Assembly: GCA_963812015.1 (NCBI GenBank) | Contig: CAWETI010000003.1 | Location: 1,216,001-1,280,000 of the forward strand | Source of the DNA: an uncultured delta proteobacterium | Lineage (GTDB): Bacteria > Desulfobacterota > Desulfobaccia > Desulfobaccales > 0-14-0-80-60-11 | Reading direction: 5' to 3' | Length of the DNA stretch: 64,000 nucleotides | Translations under genes and position numbers: made by a program | Notes under the pieces: generated by a model | What the model was told of the DNA's origin: nothing | The model's database searches: none | The model's input: only the letters and a program-made list of their open reading frames with translations | Part shown: piece by piece, positions 27,120 through 36,445 of the stretch | How the letters are laid out: each line of letters starts with the position of its first letter | Position numbering within the stretch: position 1 is the first letter of the stretch

Positions 27120-28163
27120 ATGCCTTGGACTAAGGTTTTTATTGACCAGGATGATTTCGACAACCTCCCGGACCGGGAAGGCTGGCGCTGGATTACTTAT
27201 CGTGACAGCCTACGTGAGGCTCAGTTGCAGATGCTTCACCATGATGAACGGGTGTTTATTCTTGGCGAGGGCGTTGACGATCCCGGGGGGATATTCGGCA
27301 CCACCGCGGGGCTCTACGAAATATTCGGCAAAGACCGGGTGATGGATGTCGCCATTGCGGAAAATGGCTTGACCGGAGTGGCGATGGGAGCCGCTTTGGC
27401 CGGGATGAAACCGATCTTTGTGCATATGAGAATGGACTTTTTGCCGATTTGCCTGGACCAGATTATCAATCATGCGGCCAAGTGGCATTATATGACCGGC
27501 GGGAAGGTCAACGTTCCTCTGGTGATCAGGAGTATTATCGGGCGGGGGTGGGGCTCCGCAGCCCAGCATTCCCAGGCTTTGCACGCCCTTTTCCTCCATA
27601 TTCCGGGTCTAAAAGTGGTCATGCCGGCCACCCCTTATGATGCCAAGGGACTGCTCATTGCGGCCCTCGATGATGGCAACCCGGTGATGTTCATAGAGCA
27701 TAGATGGGTTTATGACTATAAGGGCCATGTGCCTGAAGAGATTTATAAGGTGCCCCTGGGCCAGGGAATAATCAGGCGTCAGGGAAAAGATGTAACCGTT
27801 GTCGCCCTATCCCAGATGGTCTATGAAGCGGGAAAGGCCGGCAAAGTCCTGGCTGCCGAGGGCATAGAGATTGAGATTATTGATCCTAGGACCCTAAACC
27901 CCCTGGACGAAGAACTCATCTTCGAATCGGTGAAAAAGACTGGAAGGCTGGTCATTGGGGATGTCGGTTGTCGAACCGGAGGAGTTGGGGCAGAGATAGC
28001 TTCCCGGGTGGCTGAAAAGGCCTTTACTTTTTTAAAAGCGCCGGTGGCCATAGTTGCCCTGGCTGATACGCCTTCCCCGGCCTCTTATGCCTTGGAAATG
28101 GCCTATTATCCGGGGGCGGCGCAAATTATCGCCGGTGTCAAAGGGGTAATGGGGGTAAATTAG
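27120..28163 (+). CDS. TPP-dependent dehydrogenase E1 beta-like subunit
   Basis: ILGEGV, IAENGLTG, DQIINHAAK, AQHSQ, PYDAKGLL, FIEHR, IDPRTL. Confidence 0.93.
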   Translation: MPWTKVFIDQDDFDNLPDREGWRWITYRDSLREAQLQMLHHDERVFILGEGVDDPGGIFGTTAGLYEIFGKDRVMDVAIAENGLTGVAMGAALAGMKPIFVHMRMDFLPICLDQIINHAAKWHYMTGGKVNVPLVIRSIIGRGWGSAAQHSQALHALFLHIPGLKVVMPATPYDAKGLLIAALDDGNPVMFIEHRWVYDYKGHVPEEIYKVPLGQGIIRRQGKDVTVVALSQMVYEAGKAGKVLAAEGIEIEIIDPRTLNPLDEELIFESVKKTGRLVIGDVGCRTGGVGAEIASRVAEKAFTFLKAPVAIVALADTPSPASYALEMAYYPGAAQIIAGVKGVMGVN

Positions 28164-28233
28164 CCTGATTGGCCCGGAGCCACATTTCAGGGGAAACCTG
28201 CCGCAGTTTTGCTAACCCTCGGGTGCGACACTC

Positions 28234-29049
28234 ATGACGGTGAAGCCTCTCCAAATCTCAGTAATCACCGTATGCCTCAATGCGGTGGAGTTTATTGAGC
28301 AAACCATCCAAAGCGTGGTGGCCCAAAGCTATCCGCATCTAGAATATATCATTATCGATGGTGGCTCCACGGATGGTACAGTGGAGATCATCCGGGGGCA
28401 CGAACCCCATCTGGCCTACTGGCATAGTCGACCGGATCGCGGCGTCGCCCATGCCTTCAACTTGGGACTGACTCAGGCGCAGGGCGATTGGATCCTTTTT
28501 CTCAACGCCGATGATCTCCTGCTGGAGCCCACGGGGATCGAGCACATGGCGGCTCATCTGGCGCGGCACCAGGATGCTGATGTGGTATTCGGCCAGATGG
28601 TAAGCCTGACCCGGGAAAAATATCCCAAGCCGGCGCCCTTATGCCAGATTGGCGGACATCCATGGCGCTGGCCAGAATTCCGCAGAATGAACATGATTCC
28701 CCACCAGGCGGCTTTTACCCACCGGCGTTTTTTTGACCGGGTGGGTGGCTTTGATGAGACCTTCCGCATGGCCATGGACTACGAACACTTTCTCCGGGCT
28801 CGAGACGACCTGGGAGCCCAATTTGTTCCCCTGGTCCTGGTTGGTATGCGGGCCGGTGGTGTCTGTGTCAACAATATTGTTGACACCTTGGCAGAATTCC
28901 GGCGGGCCCAGATCAAAAACCGGGCTTTGCCCCGATGGCTTGCTGAAGTAAATTTCCTGGTCCGCGTGGGACGTCTCTATGCAGGCAAGATGGCCCATCT
29001 GGTCCTGGATCCTTTCGCCTCGAAAATTAACTGGCGGGGCAGAAATTAA
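28234..29049 (+). CDS. GT2 glycosyltransferase (WfgS/WcaE-like)
   Basis: SVITVCLN, IIDGGSTDGT, FLNADD, PHQAAF, MDYE. Confidence 0.92.
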   Translation: MTVKPLQISVITVCLNAVEFIEQTIQSVVAQSYPHLEYIIIDGGSTDGTVEIIRGHEPHLAYWHSRPDRGVAHAFNLGLTQAQGDWILFLNADDLLLEPTGIEHMAAHLARHQDADVVFGQMVSLTREKYPKPAPLCQIGGHPWRWPEFRRMNMIPHQAAFTHRRFFDRVGGFDETFRMAMDYEHFLRARDDLGAQFVPLVLVGMRAGGVCVNNIVDTLAEFRRAQIKNRALPRWLAEVNFLVRVGRLYAGKMAHLVLDPFASKINWRGRN

Positions 29050-29144
29050 TTTTATTCCCAGGGCTTTTCTCGAGTCATAGGGGATAACCCTCGAGTCAGC
29101 CGCTATCGATTCGCTGGTTTGAATAACCTGCAACGGGTTGCCGA

Positions 29145-30308
29145 TTGAGCCACGTTTTTCACATCACGGATGATTTCTCCCCTGAATCCGGGGTAACTGG
29201 GATGGTCATGCAGCTGACCCGTTACCTGGCCGTTCGGGGATGGGCCTCAACTATTCTGACTCCAGCAGGTCGCGCCCGTGCAGGGCCTGGGGAGGCGAAC
29301 CTGGTGCATTTTCCCCTCATACCGGCAGGGGGCTGGCGCTTTCCCCGGGGTCTCAAGGCGTATCTCCGACAGCTCAACCGGATAGACGGCCCCATTCTCC
29401 ATCTCCACGGGGTCTGGATGGGATTCCAGTGGTCGGCGGCCCGGGCGGCGCGGCAACAAAAAATTCCGGCCTTGCTGAGTCCCCATGGTATGCTTAATAG
29501 ATGGCATCTTCGGCATATAGGGTTCAAGGAACTCAGGAAGCTGATCTATTGGCGGGCTTTGGCCTACCCGGCGTTTCGGCATATCCCCCTGATCCATGCG
29601 GTCACGCCCCGGGAACGGGACGAACTGGCCACGTGGTTACCCGGGCAAGGGATCCAGGTCATCCCGAATGCCATCGACCTCGAGGCCACGGACCACCTCC
29701 GGGCCAATGCCGGAAATGAGTCGGCGCCCCCGGTGGACGAGCCGTATGTGCTCTTTCTGGGCCGCCTCCATCCGGTAAAGGGGATCGACCTGCTCATTGA
29801 GGCCTTTGCACAATGTATGCGAGAAAGCACGCGCCGGTTCCGGCTCCTCATCGCCGGGCCGGAGAGCGATCCCGCGTACTCGGCCAAACTTAAATCCCTG
29901 GTCAGATTGTTAAGGATTGAGCAAAAGGTGACCTTCCTGGGTCCGGTATTCGGGCCACAAGAAAAGTTTTCCCTGTACCGGCATGCCTGGGCCTTCTGCG
30001 CCCCCTCCCAAACCGAAGTGATGGGTTTGGTTAACCTGGAAGCCGCATCGGTTCAGTTGCCCGTAGTGACCACGCACGAGACCGGTTTGTGGGATTGGGA
30101 GGAAGGGGGAGGCGTTTTAGTCCATCCCCGGGTTGAAGAATTGAGGCGGGCCCTGGAACAGGTGTTTTCCTGGAGTGAGAGCGAACGGCAGGACCGGGGC
30201 CAAAAATTGCGGCAACTGGTGGAGCGGCGCTATGCGTGGCAGGCGGTGGGGCCGCAATGGCTGGAGCTTTATGCCGGTCTGACCGGAGAGAGAAGGCGCC
30301 ACGCATAG
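29145..30308 (+). CDS. GT4 glycosyltransferase
   Basis: HLHGVW, SPHGML, FLGRLHPVKG, EVMGLVNLEA (ExxGxxxxEA). Confidence 0.92.
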   Translation: MSHVFHITDDFSPESGVTGMVMQLTRYLAVRGWASTILTPAGRARAGPGEANLVHFPLIPAGGWRFPRGLKAYLRQLNRIDGPILHLHGVWMGFQWSAARAARQQKIPALLSPHGMLNRWHLRHIGFKELRKLIYWRALAYPAFRHIPLIHAVTPRERDELATWLPGQGIQVIPNAIDLEATDHLRANAGNESAPPVDEPYVLFLGRLHPVKGIDLLIEAFAQCMRESTRRFRLLIAGPESDPAYSAKLKSLVRLLRIEQKVTFLGPVFGPQEKFSLYRHAWAFCAPSQTEVMGLVNLEAASVQLPVVTTHETGLWDWEEGGGVLVHPRVEELRRALEQVFSWSESERQDRGQKLRQLVERRYAWQAVGPQWLELYAGLTGERRRHA

Positions 30309-30410
30309 GGTGCCGGACCGCAATGAATATCAGCGTAATGCGGCGGGTATTTTTATATACAACGCCGGGGACAATAATAAATAATCTCCGAGAAGAGAGA
30401 GCCATTCCTC

Positions 30411-32159
30411 ATGATTATTTTGGGAATTAATGCATATCATGCTGATTCATCCGCCTGTATTGTGAAAAATGGAGAACTCATTGCGGCAGTAGAAGAGGAA
30501 CGTTTTGAAAGAATTAAACACTGGGCCGGTTTTCCCACACAGTCTATTAAGTACTGTTTACGCGAAGCCGGTGTGGGTATCGAAGAAATTGATCACATTG
30601 CGATGAATCGTAATCCGAAGGCTAATTTGTTGCGTAAAATCTGGTTTATTCTCCGTCAGCGCCCTTCCTTAGCAATGATTAAAGATCGAGCCAAAAATGC
30701 CTCGACTGTAATAGATATCAAAAAAATATTTGCCAGAGAATTTGCGGTAACCGAGGACAAGTTAAACGCCAAAGTATCTTATATAGAGCACCATGTTGCG
30801 CACCTTGCCAGTGCCTTTATGGTGTCCCCATTTGAAGAAGCAGCCGTGGTCTCGGTGGATGGGTTTGGCGACTTTGTCGGGGCTATGTGGGGGATTGGCC
30901 GTGGCAATTCCTTGAAAGTAGAGGAAAAAATCTATTTTCCCCATTCCCTCGGCCTATTTTATCTCGCCATAACGCAATTATTGGGCTTCACCAAATATGG
31001 TGACGAATACAAGGTTATGGGCCTCGCGGCTTATGGAGAGCCTTCGGAACGGTCAAAGATGAGAGAGATTGTCAAACTGAATTCACCCGGCCGGTTTGCC
31101 CTGAACTTGCGCTATTTTCTTCACCAGGTGAAAGGCGCCACCATGACCTGGGATGGTGGTGAGCCCCAGATGGGTTTAGTTTTTTCTCCGGAAATGGAGC
31201 AACTCTTAGGGCCCCGCCGCGCCTCAGGGGAGCCGATAACCGCACGACATGAGAAGATCGCGGCTTCGCTCCAACTGATGTATGAGGAGGCATTTTTCCA
31301 TCTCTTGAACCATGTATACGAGCAGGGGAAAATCCCGAATTTGTGTCTGGCGGGCGGCTGCGCCATGAACAGTTTGGCTAATGGAAAAATATTCGACCGA
31401 ACGCCATTTAAGGAAGTCTATATTCAGGCGGCTGCCGGCGACGCGGGAGGCGCGATTGGGGCCGCCTTTTATGTCTGGAATCAAACTTTACATCGTCCCC
31501 GGAGTTGCGTGATGGCAAGTGCCTACTGGGGCCCGCAATTTAGCGATGAGGCGTTGTCCGAAGCAATAACTCTCAGGAAGAGCGAATTGGCAGAGTCGGG
31601 CTGCAAGATAGAAAAAATCGATGATAAACTAGCATTATGCAGGAATACCGCGCAGGAAATCGCCGCGGGAAAAGTTGTGGGATGGTTCCAGGGGAGAATG
31701 GAATGGGGGCCGAGGGCTCTGGGTAACCGGAGTATCCTCGCAGATCCAAGGCTAAAGGAGATGAAAGATATTTTGAATGAGAGGATTAAGCGCCGGGAGT
31801 CCTTTAGACCATTCGCGCCCTCGATTCTCCTGGAGTCGGTTGATGAATATTTTGAACAACACTACCCGGACCCCTTTATGATCAAAGTGTATATGATCAG
31901 AGCGGAAAAAAGGGGTCTCATCCCGGCGGTCACCCATGTCGACGGGACCGGCAGGCTCCAAACGGTGGCGGAAAAAGACAACCCGCTGTACTGGCGTTTG
32001 ATTAAGGAATTTGAAAAAATTACTCAGATCCCCCTGCTCTTGAACACCTCTTTTAATGAGAATGAGCCTATCGTCTGTCAACCCCAAGAAGCCCTGGACT
32101 GTTTTCTGCGGACCAGAATGGATGTCCTGGTGCTGGGTCCCTATACCATTAAGCGATAA
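30411..32159 (+). CDS. Carbamoyltransferase (NodU/CmcH family)
   Basis: ILGINAYHADSSA, EEERF, EHHVAH, EYKVMGLA, GPRALGNRSIL, RESFRPFAP, HVDGTGR, LNTSFN. Confidence 0.95.
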   Translation: MIILGINAYHADSSACIVKNGELIAAVEEERFERIKHWAGFPTQSIKYCLREAGVGIEEIDHIAMNRNPKANLLRKIWFILRQRPSLAMIKDRAKNASTVIDIKKIFAREFAVTEDKLNAKVSYIEHHVAHLASAFMVSPFEEAAVVSVDGFGDFVGAMWGIGRGNSLKVEEKIYFPHSLGLFYLAITQLLGFTKYGDEYKVMGLAAYGEPSERSKMREIVKLNSPGRFALNLRYFLHQVKGATMTWDGGEPQMGLVFSPEMEQLLGPRRASGEPITARHEKIAASLQLMYEEAFFHLLNHVYEQGKIPNLCLAGGCAMNSLANGKIFDRTPFKEVYIQAAAGDAGGAIGAAFYVWNQTLHRPRSCVMASAYWGPQFSDEALSEAITLRKSELAESGCKIEKIDDKLALCRNTAQEIAAGKVVGWFQGRMEWGPRALGNRSILADPRLKEMKDILNERIKRRESFRPFAPSILLESVDEYFEQHYPDPFMIKVYMIRAEKRGLIPAVTHVDGTGRLQTVAEKDNPLYWRLIKEFEKITQIPLLLNTSFNENEPIVCQPQEALDCFLRTRMDVLVLGPYTIKR

Positions 32160-32275
32160 TCCTCGTAGATCTGGTGAACCGGGAATCCTGGCCTTATCTC
32201 CCTTCTGGTTTCGTGAGGCCAATGGCCCGGCTGTGGGCAAGGTTTTTCTGTTCTTAAAAGATTCAACAAACTGCT

Positions 32276-32304
32276 TTGCGCCACCCGATAAGTGGTGTTA
32301 TAGA
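32276..32304 (+). promoter_or_regulatory. Candidate sigma70 promoter upstream of the wbpV-wbpL-wbpM block
   Basis: TTGCGC-N17-TATAGA with a TG extension. Confidence 0.35.
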
Positions 32305-32415
32305 TGGACGGACTGTCACCACCACTTCCTCATATTCAGGCGGTTTGCTGAGGATGGTTCAAGGGGGGAAAATTTTCCACGCGTGGTACGGCAAAATCCC
32401 CAAGCTGGAAAAGCC

Positions 32416-33399
32416 ATGGATAAGATCTTAGTAACCGGCGCCAACGGCTTTATCGGACGGCAGCTCTGCCGAAGCTTGAGTCAGCAGGGGTTTTGGGTGA
32501 GGGCAGCCATACGCCAGACCGCCATCGCCCCAGCCGACGACCTGCACTATGTGGCGGTGGGCGATATTGGACCGGACACCGATTGGACTGAAGCTTTGCG
32601 AGGGGTTCACCTGGTAGTTCACCTGGCCGGTCGAGCGCATATTATGCGGGATAGCGCATCGAGCCCAATGGCTGAGTATGAACGGATAAACACCTTAGGG
32701 ACCATGCGTTTGGCGCAAATGGCCGCGGCGGCTCACGTCAAGAGATTCATATTCCTCAGTTCCGTTAAGGTGAACGGTGAAGAAACCCATGATCAGCCTT
32801 TTGTGGAAACAGATCGGCCTGCTCCTCAGGACTTCTATGCGATGTCAAAATGGCGAGCTGAAGAAGGCCTGCTCCACATACACCAGCAAGGCAGGCTCCC
32901 GGTAGTTATCATTAGGCCCCCCCTGGTATATGGCCCGGGGGTGCGGGCCAACTTCCTGCAACTCATTCGCTGGGTGGATTCCGGTTTACCGTTACCTTTG
33001 GGAAAAATTAAGAATAAACGCAGCCTGGTTGGATTGAGGAATTTAGTGGATTTTATTATGATATGCCTCCATAAGCCGTCTGCGGTCGGAGAAATATTTT
33101 TGGTAAGCGATCAAGAAGACTTGTCAACTTCCAACCTGGTCCAAAGGATTGGGGGTTTCTTGGGGAGGTCGACGTATCTCATACCCATTCCCTACCCGAT
33201 CATGTCGATCATTGCCCAGATCACGGGTAAGAAGGACGCTTTTGATAAATTGTGCCGTTCTCTTCAGGTAAACATTGAAAAGGCAAGTAATGTGCTCCAT
33301 TGGAAGCCGCCTTTTTCGATAAATGAAGAATTGGAACAAACTATTACATGGTATAAAAATGAATATAAGCGCAATTCATCAGAGGCCGTAATTAATTAA
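32416..33399 (+). CDS. wbpV: NAD-dependent epimerase/4-reductase (WbpV-like)
   Basis: Start MDKILVTGANGFIG at 32416; HLAGRAH, LSSVKVNGE, YAMSK, IRPPLVYGPGVRANF. Confidence 0.8.
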   Translation: MDKILVTGANGFIGRQLCRSLSQQGFWVRAAIRQTAIAPADDLHYVAVGDIGPDTDWTEALRGVHLVVHLAGRAHIMRDSASSPMAEYERINTLGTMRLAQMAAAAHVKRFIFLSSVKVNGEETHDQPFVETDRPAPQDFYAMSKWRAEEGLLHIHQQGRLPVVIIRPPLVYGPGVRANFLQLIRWVDSGLPLPLGKIKNKRSLVGLRNLVDFIMICLHKPSAVGEIFLVSDQEDLSTSNLVQRIGGFLGRSTYLIPIPYPIMSIIAQITGKKDAFDKLCRSLQVNIEKASNVLHWKPPFSINEELEQTITWYKNEYKRNSSEAVIN

Positions 33400-33527
33400 T
33401 AAATTATGAAAAAAGTGCGCCAGATGTGGTGAATTTGCAAATTCAGTGCATAATCAAGTCATTCGCTAGCGAAAAAGGTAATTATATTTAAATCATATAG
33501 GGTTGAGTGCCCTTTTAATCAGAACTT

Positions 33528-34505
33528 ATGGTTACAATGAACCTGTCCACCGTCGTAGCTTTAGGCCTTATGACAATAGGGCTCTCATATTTCGGAGTAT
33601 TAGAGTATAGCAAGTGGGCTATCAGAGAAAATATATTAGATATTCCCAATGAACGCAGTTCTCATACCGAACCGATACCCCGTGGAGGTGGTATAGTTAT
33701 TGTAGCACTCACCTTGGGTGGCATATTAATCTATCAAGTTTTAGGATATTGCTATTCATGGAAAGTTGTTTTTGGTTTTATGCTCGGGAGTCTCTTGGTT
33801 TCTGGAATAAGCTGGGTGGATGATCTCCATTCTCTTCCCATCGGCATTCGTTTCACCGCCCATAGCTTGGCGGCCATTATGGGCATCGCATCTTTCGGAT
33901 ACTGGCATACGGTAAGCTTCCCTCTCATTGGCCAAATACACCTTGGCCTTGTCGGGTTGCCACTGAGTTTTTTTTGGATAGTGGGTTTGACCAATGCTTT
34001 CAATTTCATGGATGGGATAGATGGAATAGCGGCGGGCCAGGCAACAGTTGCCGGAATCTGGTGGTGTGTTTTCGGGTGGCTCTATCTCCAACCGCTTTTG
34101 ATGGTCCTGGGTTTGTTTTTGGCTTGCAGCAGCATTGGATTTTTAGCCCACAATTGGCCCCCGGCCCGAATTTTTATGGGGGATGTGGGCAGTGCCTTCC
34201 TGGGTTATACTTTCGCCATGTTGCCGATCATGGCCACTGATTCCTTGAATCCACAGGGGGGGTGGGATGGTAGCTTCCTGGCCGCGATTCTCCTGACCTG
34301 GCCGTTCTTGATAGATACAACTTTTACATTTCTGCGGCGCCTGTATAATGGCGAGGATGTGCTGCGGTCCCATCGCTCCCATATATATCAGCGTTTGGCG
34401 ATAGCTGGTTACAGCAGTTGCTTTATAAGTATAACTTATATGGGCCTAACTATAATGGGCGGAATCATGGCGATGCTCTGGTCGGCCCCTAAGGTTCATC
34501 CATAA
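33528..34505 (+). CDS. wbpL: MraY/WecA-family polyprenyl-phosphate HexNAc-1-phosphate transferase (WbpL-like)
   Basis: DIPNERSSH, PRGGG, WVDD, NAFNFMDGIDG, IFMGDVGS, HRSHIYQRL. Confidence 0.88.
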   Translation: MVTMNLSTVVALGLMTIGLSYFGVLEYSKWAIRENILDIPNERSSHTEPIPRGGGIVIVALTLGGILIYQVLGYCYSWKVVFGFMLGSLLVSGISWVDDLHSLPIGIRFTAHSLAAIMGIASFGYWHTVSFPLIGQIHLGLVGLPLSFFWIVGLTNAFNFMDGIDGIAAGQATVAGIWWCVFGWLYLQPLLMVLGLFLACSSIGFLAHNWPPARIFMGDVGSAFLGYTFAMLPIMATDSLNPQGGWDGSFLAAILLTWPFLIDTTFTFLRRLYNGEDVLRSHRSHIYQRLAIAGYSSCFISITYMGLTIMGGIMAMLWSAPKVHP

Positions 34506-34509
34506 GGAA

Positions 34510-36384
34510 ATGCCAATGCCGTTGCGTTTGCGCAATAGATTTTTCTTAATTACTGATATAGTTATAGTTTTTTTATGTGTTTACTTAAGTTTTGTTATTA
34601 GGGTAGAAATATTTAACCTTAAACAATTTTGGTCAGGATTGTTATTATTTGCATTCTTAGCTATAATCATTTTTCCGACTGTTTTTTATTTGATTGGCAT
34701 CTATTCTATTTATTGGCAATATGGTTCCATAGACTCAATATTGATATTGGTTAGTGCTGAGGTAGTTGCTACGTTATTTGTTGCAATTATAAGTATTACG
34801 TTATCTATAATATTGCCGAATAAATTTATCATTCCTCGATCAATTCCAATAATTTTCTTATCGTTGGTTTTGATTCTCATTTCTGGTTCCCGCATCATGT
34901 TGCGGTTAATAGCTCACTATCAAGGTAACACTCAAATTATTTGTACCAATCCTATACAGCATGTTCTCATTATGGGGGCTGGGAAAGCCGGCTCTATGGT
35001 CGTTAGAGAAATCAGAAGAAATCCTCAACTGGGAATACACATTGTCGGTTTTCTGGATGATAACCCCGACAAGCATAATATGGTGATTCATGGCGTAAAA
35101 GTATTGGGAGATAAAAATAGCATACCACATTTAGTAAGGAAATATGCAATAAATGAAGTTGTTATAGCTATGCCTAGTGTACATGGGAAACAAATTAGAT
35201 CTATTGTGGATATCTGTAAAAAGAGTGATGTTAATATAAAAATTATGCCAGGTATCTATGAGTTATTGAACGGCAGCATAGCTATCAATCAACTGCGCAA
35301 TGTTCAAATCGAGGACTTACTTCGGAGGGAACCGATTAAAACGGATCTTAATAGTGTCAGAGCCTTGATTCAAGGTAAAAAAGTCATGGTTACCGGGGGA
35401 GGAGGTTCTATCGGCAGTGAGCTAAGTAATCAAATATTCAATTTCGATCCTGAGGAATTGATAATTTTAGGACATGGAGAAAATAGGATCTTTGAGATCA
35501 ACAAGTATTTTAACAACCACCAAACCTTTAAAAATAAGTGCCGTATTATTCCAATAATCGCTGATATACGCTTTTTATACCGCATACAAGCAATTTTTGA
35601 AGAGTATCGTCCGGATATTGTTTTTCATGCTGCCGCCCATAAACATGTACCATTGATGGAACTTAACCCTACCGAAGCAATTATTAACAATATTATCGGG
35701 ACCCGCAATCTATTGCAAGCCAGTTTGTCCACGGGAACCAGCCGATTTATCATGATTTCTACGGACAAGGTGGTAAACCCCACAAGTATTATGGGGGCTA
35801 GCAAAAAGGTGGCAGAATTATTAGTGCAGCAAGCTGCTATTGATAGTGGCCGTCCTTTTATAACCGTAAGGTTTGGTAACGTCCTGGGTAGCACGGGCAG
35901 CGTAGTTTTAACTTTTAAAGAACAGATAGCCGCCGGTGGCCCCGTAACGGTTACCCATCCGGAAATGAAACGCTATTTTATGACCATTCCCGAGGCAGTG
36001 CAGTTGGTTTTGCAAGCATCGGTGCTTGGCAAAGGTGAGGAAGTTTTTATTTTGGATATGGGAGAACCAGTCAAGATCGTGGACTTAGCCAAGGACCTGA
36101 TTCGGCTCTCGGGTTATTCCGAGGATAATATTGAAATTATTTATACCGGCTGCAGGCCGGGCGAAAAACTTTATGAAGAATTATTTGCAGAGGGGGAAGT
36201 TTACGTCAAAACTGTTCATGATAAATTATTTCTTGCATCTAAGGCCGGTAGCATAATTCACTCGAACCTCAACGGGGAAATCGAATTATTGGAGTTGGCG
36301 GCTCAAAACAACGACAGAGCTGAAATTATAAAAATTTTGAAAAAACTTATCCCCGAATATAAACCCTATACTAATGTCGGATAG
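34510..36384 (+). CDS. wbpM: Membrane-anchored UDP-GlcNAc 4,6-dehydratase (WbpM/CapD/PglF)
   Basis: 4 N-terminal TM, IEDLLRR, TGGGGSIGSEL, HAAAHKHVP, STDK, MGASK, VRFGNVLGS, RPGEKLYEEL. Confidence 0.93.
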   Translation: MPMPLRLRNRFFLITDIVIVFLCVYLSFVIRVEIFNLKQFWSGLLLFAFLAIIIFPTVFYLIGIYSIYWQYGSIDSILILVSAEVVATLFVAIISITLSIILPNKFIIPRSIPIIFLSLVLILISGSRIMLRLIAHYQGNTQIICTNPIQHVLIMGAGKAGSMVVREIRRNPQLGIHIVGFLDDNPDKHNMVIHGVKVLGDKNSIPHLVRKYAINEVVIAMPSVHGKQIRSIVDICKKSDVNIKIMPGIYELLNGSIAINQLRNVQIEDLLRREPIKTDLNSVRALIQGKKVMVTGGGGSIGSELSNQIFNFDPEELIILGHGENRIFEINKYFNNHQTFKNKCRIIPIIADIRFLYRIQAIFEEYRPDIVFHAAAHKHVPLMELNPTEAIINNIIGTRNLLQASLSTGTSRFIMISTDKVVNPTSIMGASKKVAELLVQQAAIDSGRPFITVRFGNVLGSTGSVVLTFKEQIAAGGPVTVTHPEMKRYFMTIPEAVQLVLQASVLGKGEEVFILDMGEPVKIVDLAKDLIRLSGYSEDNIEIIYTGCRPGEKLYEELFAEGEVYVKTVHDKLFLASKAGSIIHSNLNGEIELLELAAQNNDRAEIIKILKKLIPEYKPYTNVG

Positions 36385-36445
36385 GCAGATAAAACCTTGG
36401 GGATTGAACCCAAATGGATGTCCTGCTGCGGTATTTTTTAGTTAA

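Noticed and set aside
29068..29098. Direct repeat CTCGAGTCA twice
   Set aside because: Only two 9-bp copies with no element between them; compatible with chance or a micro-duplication
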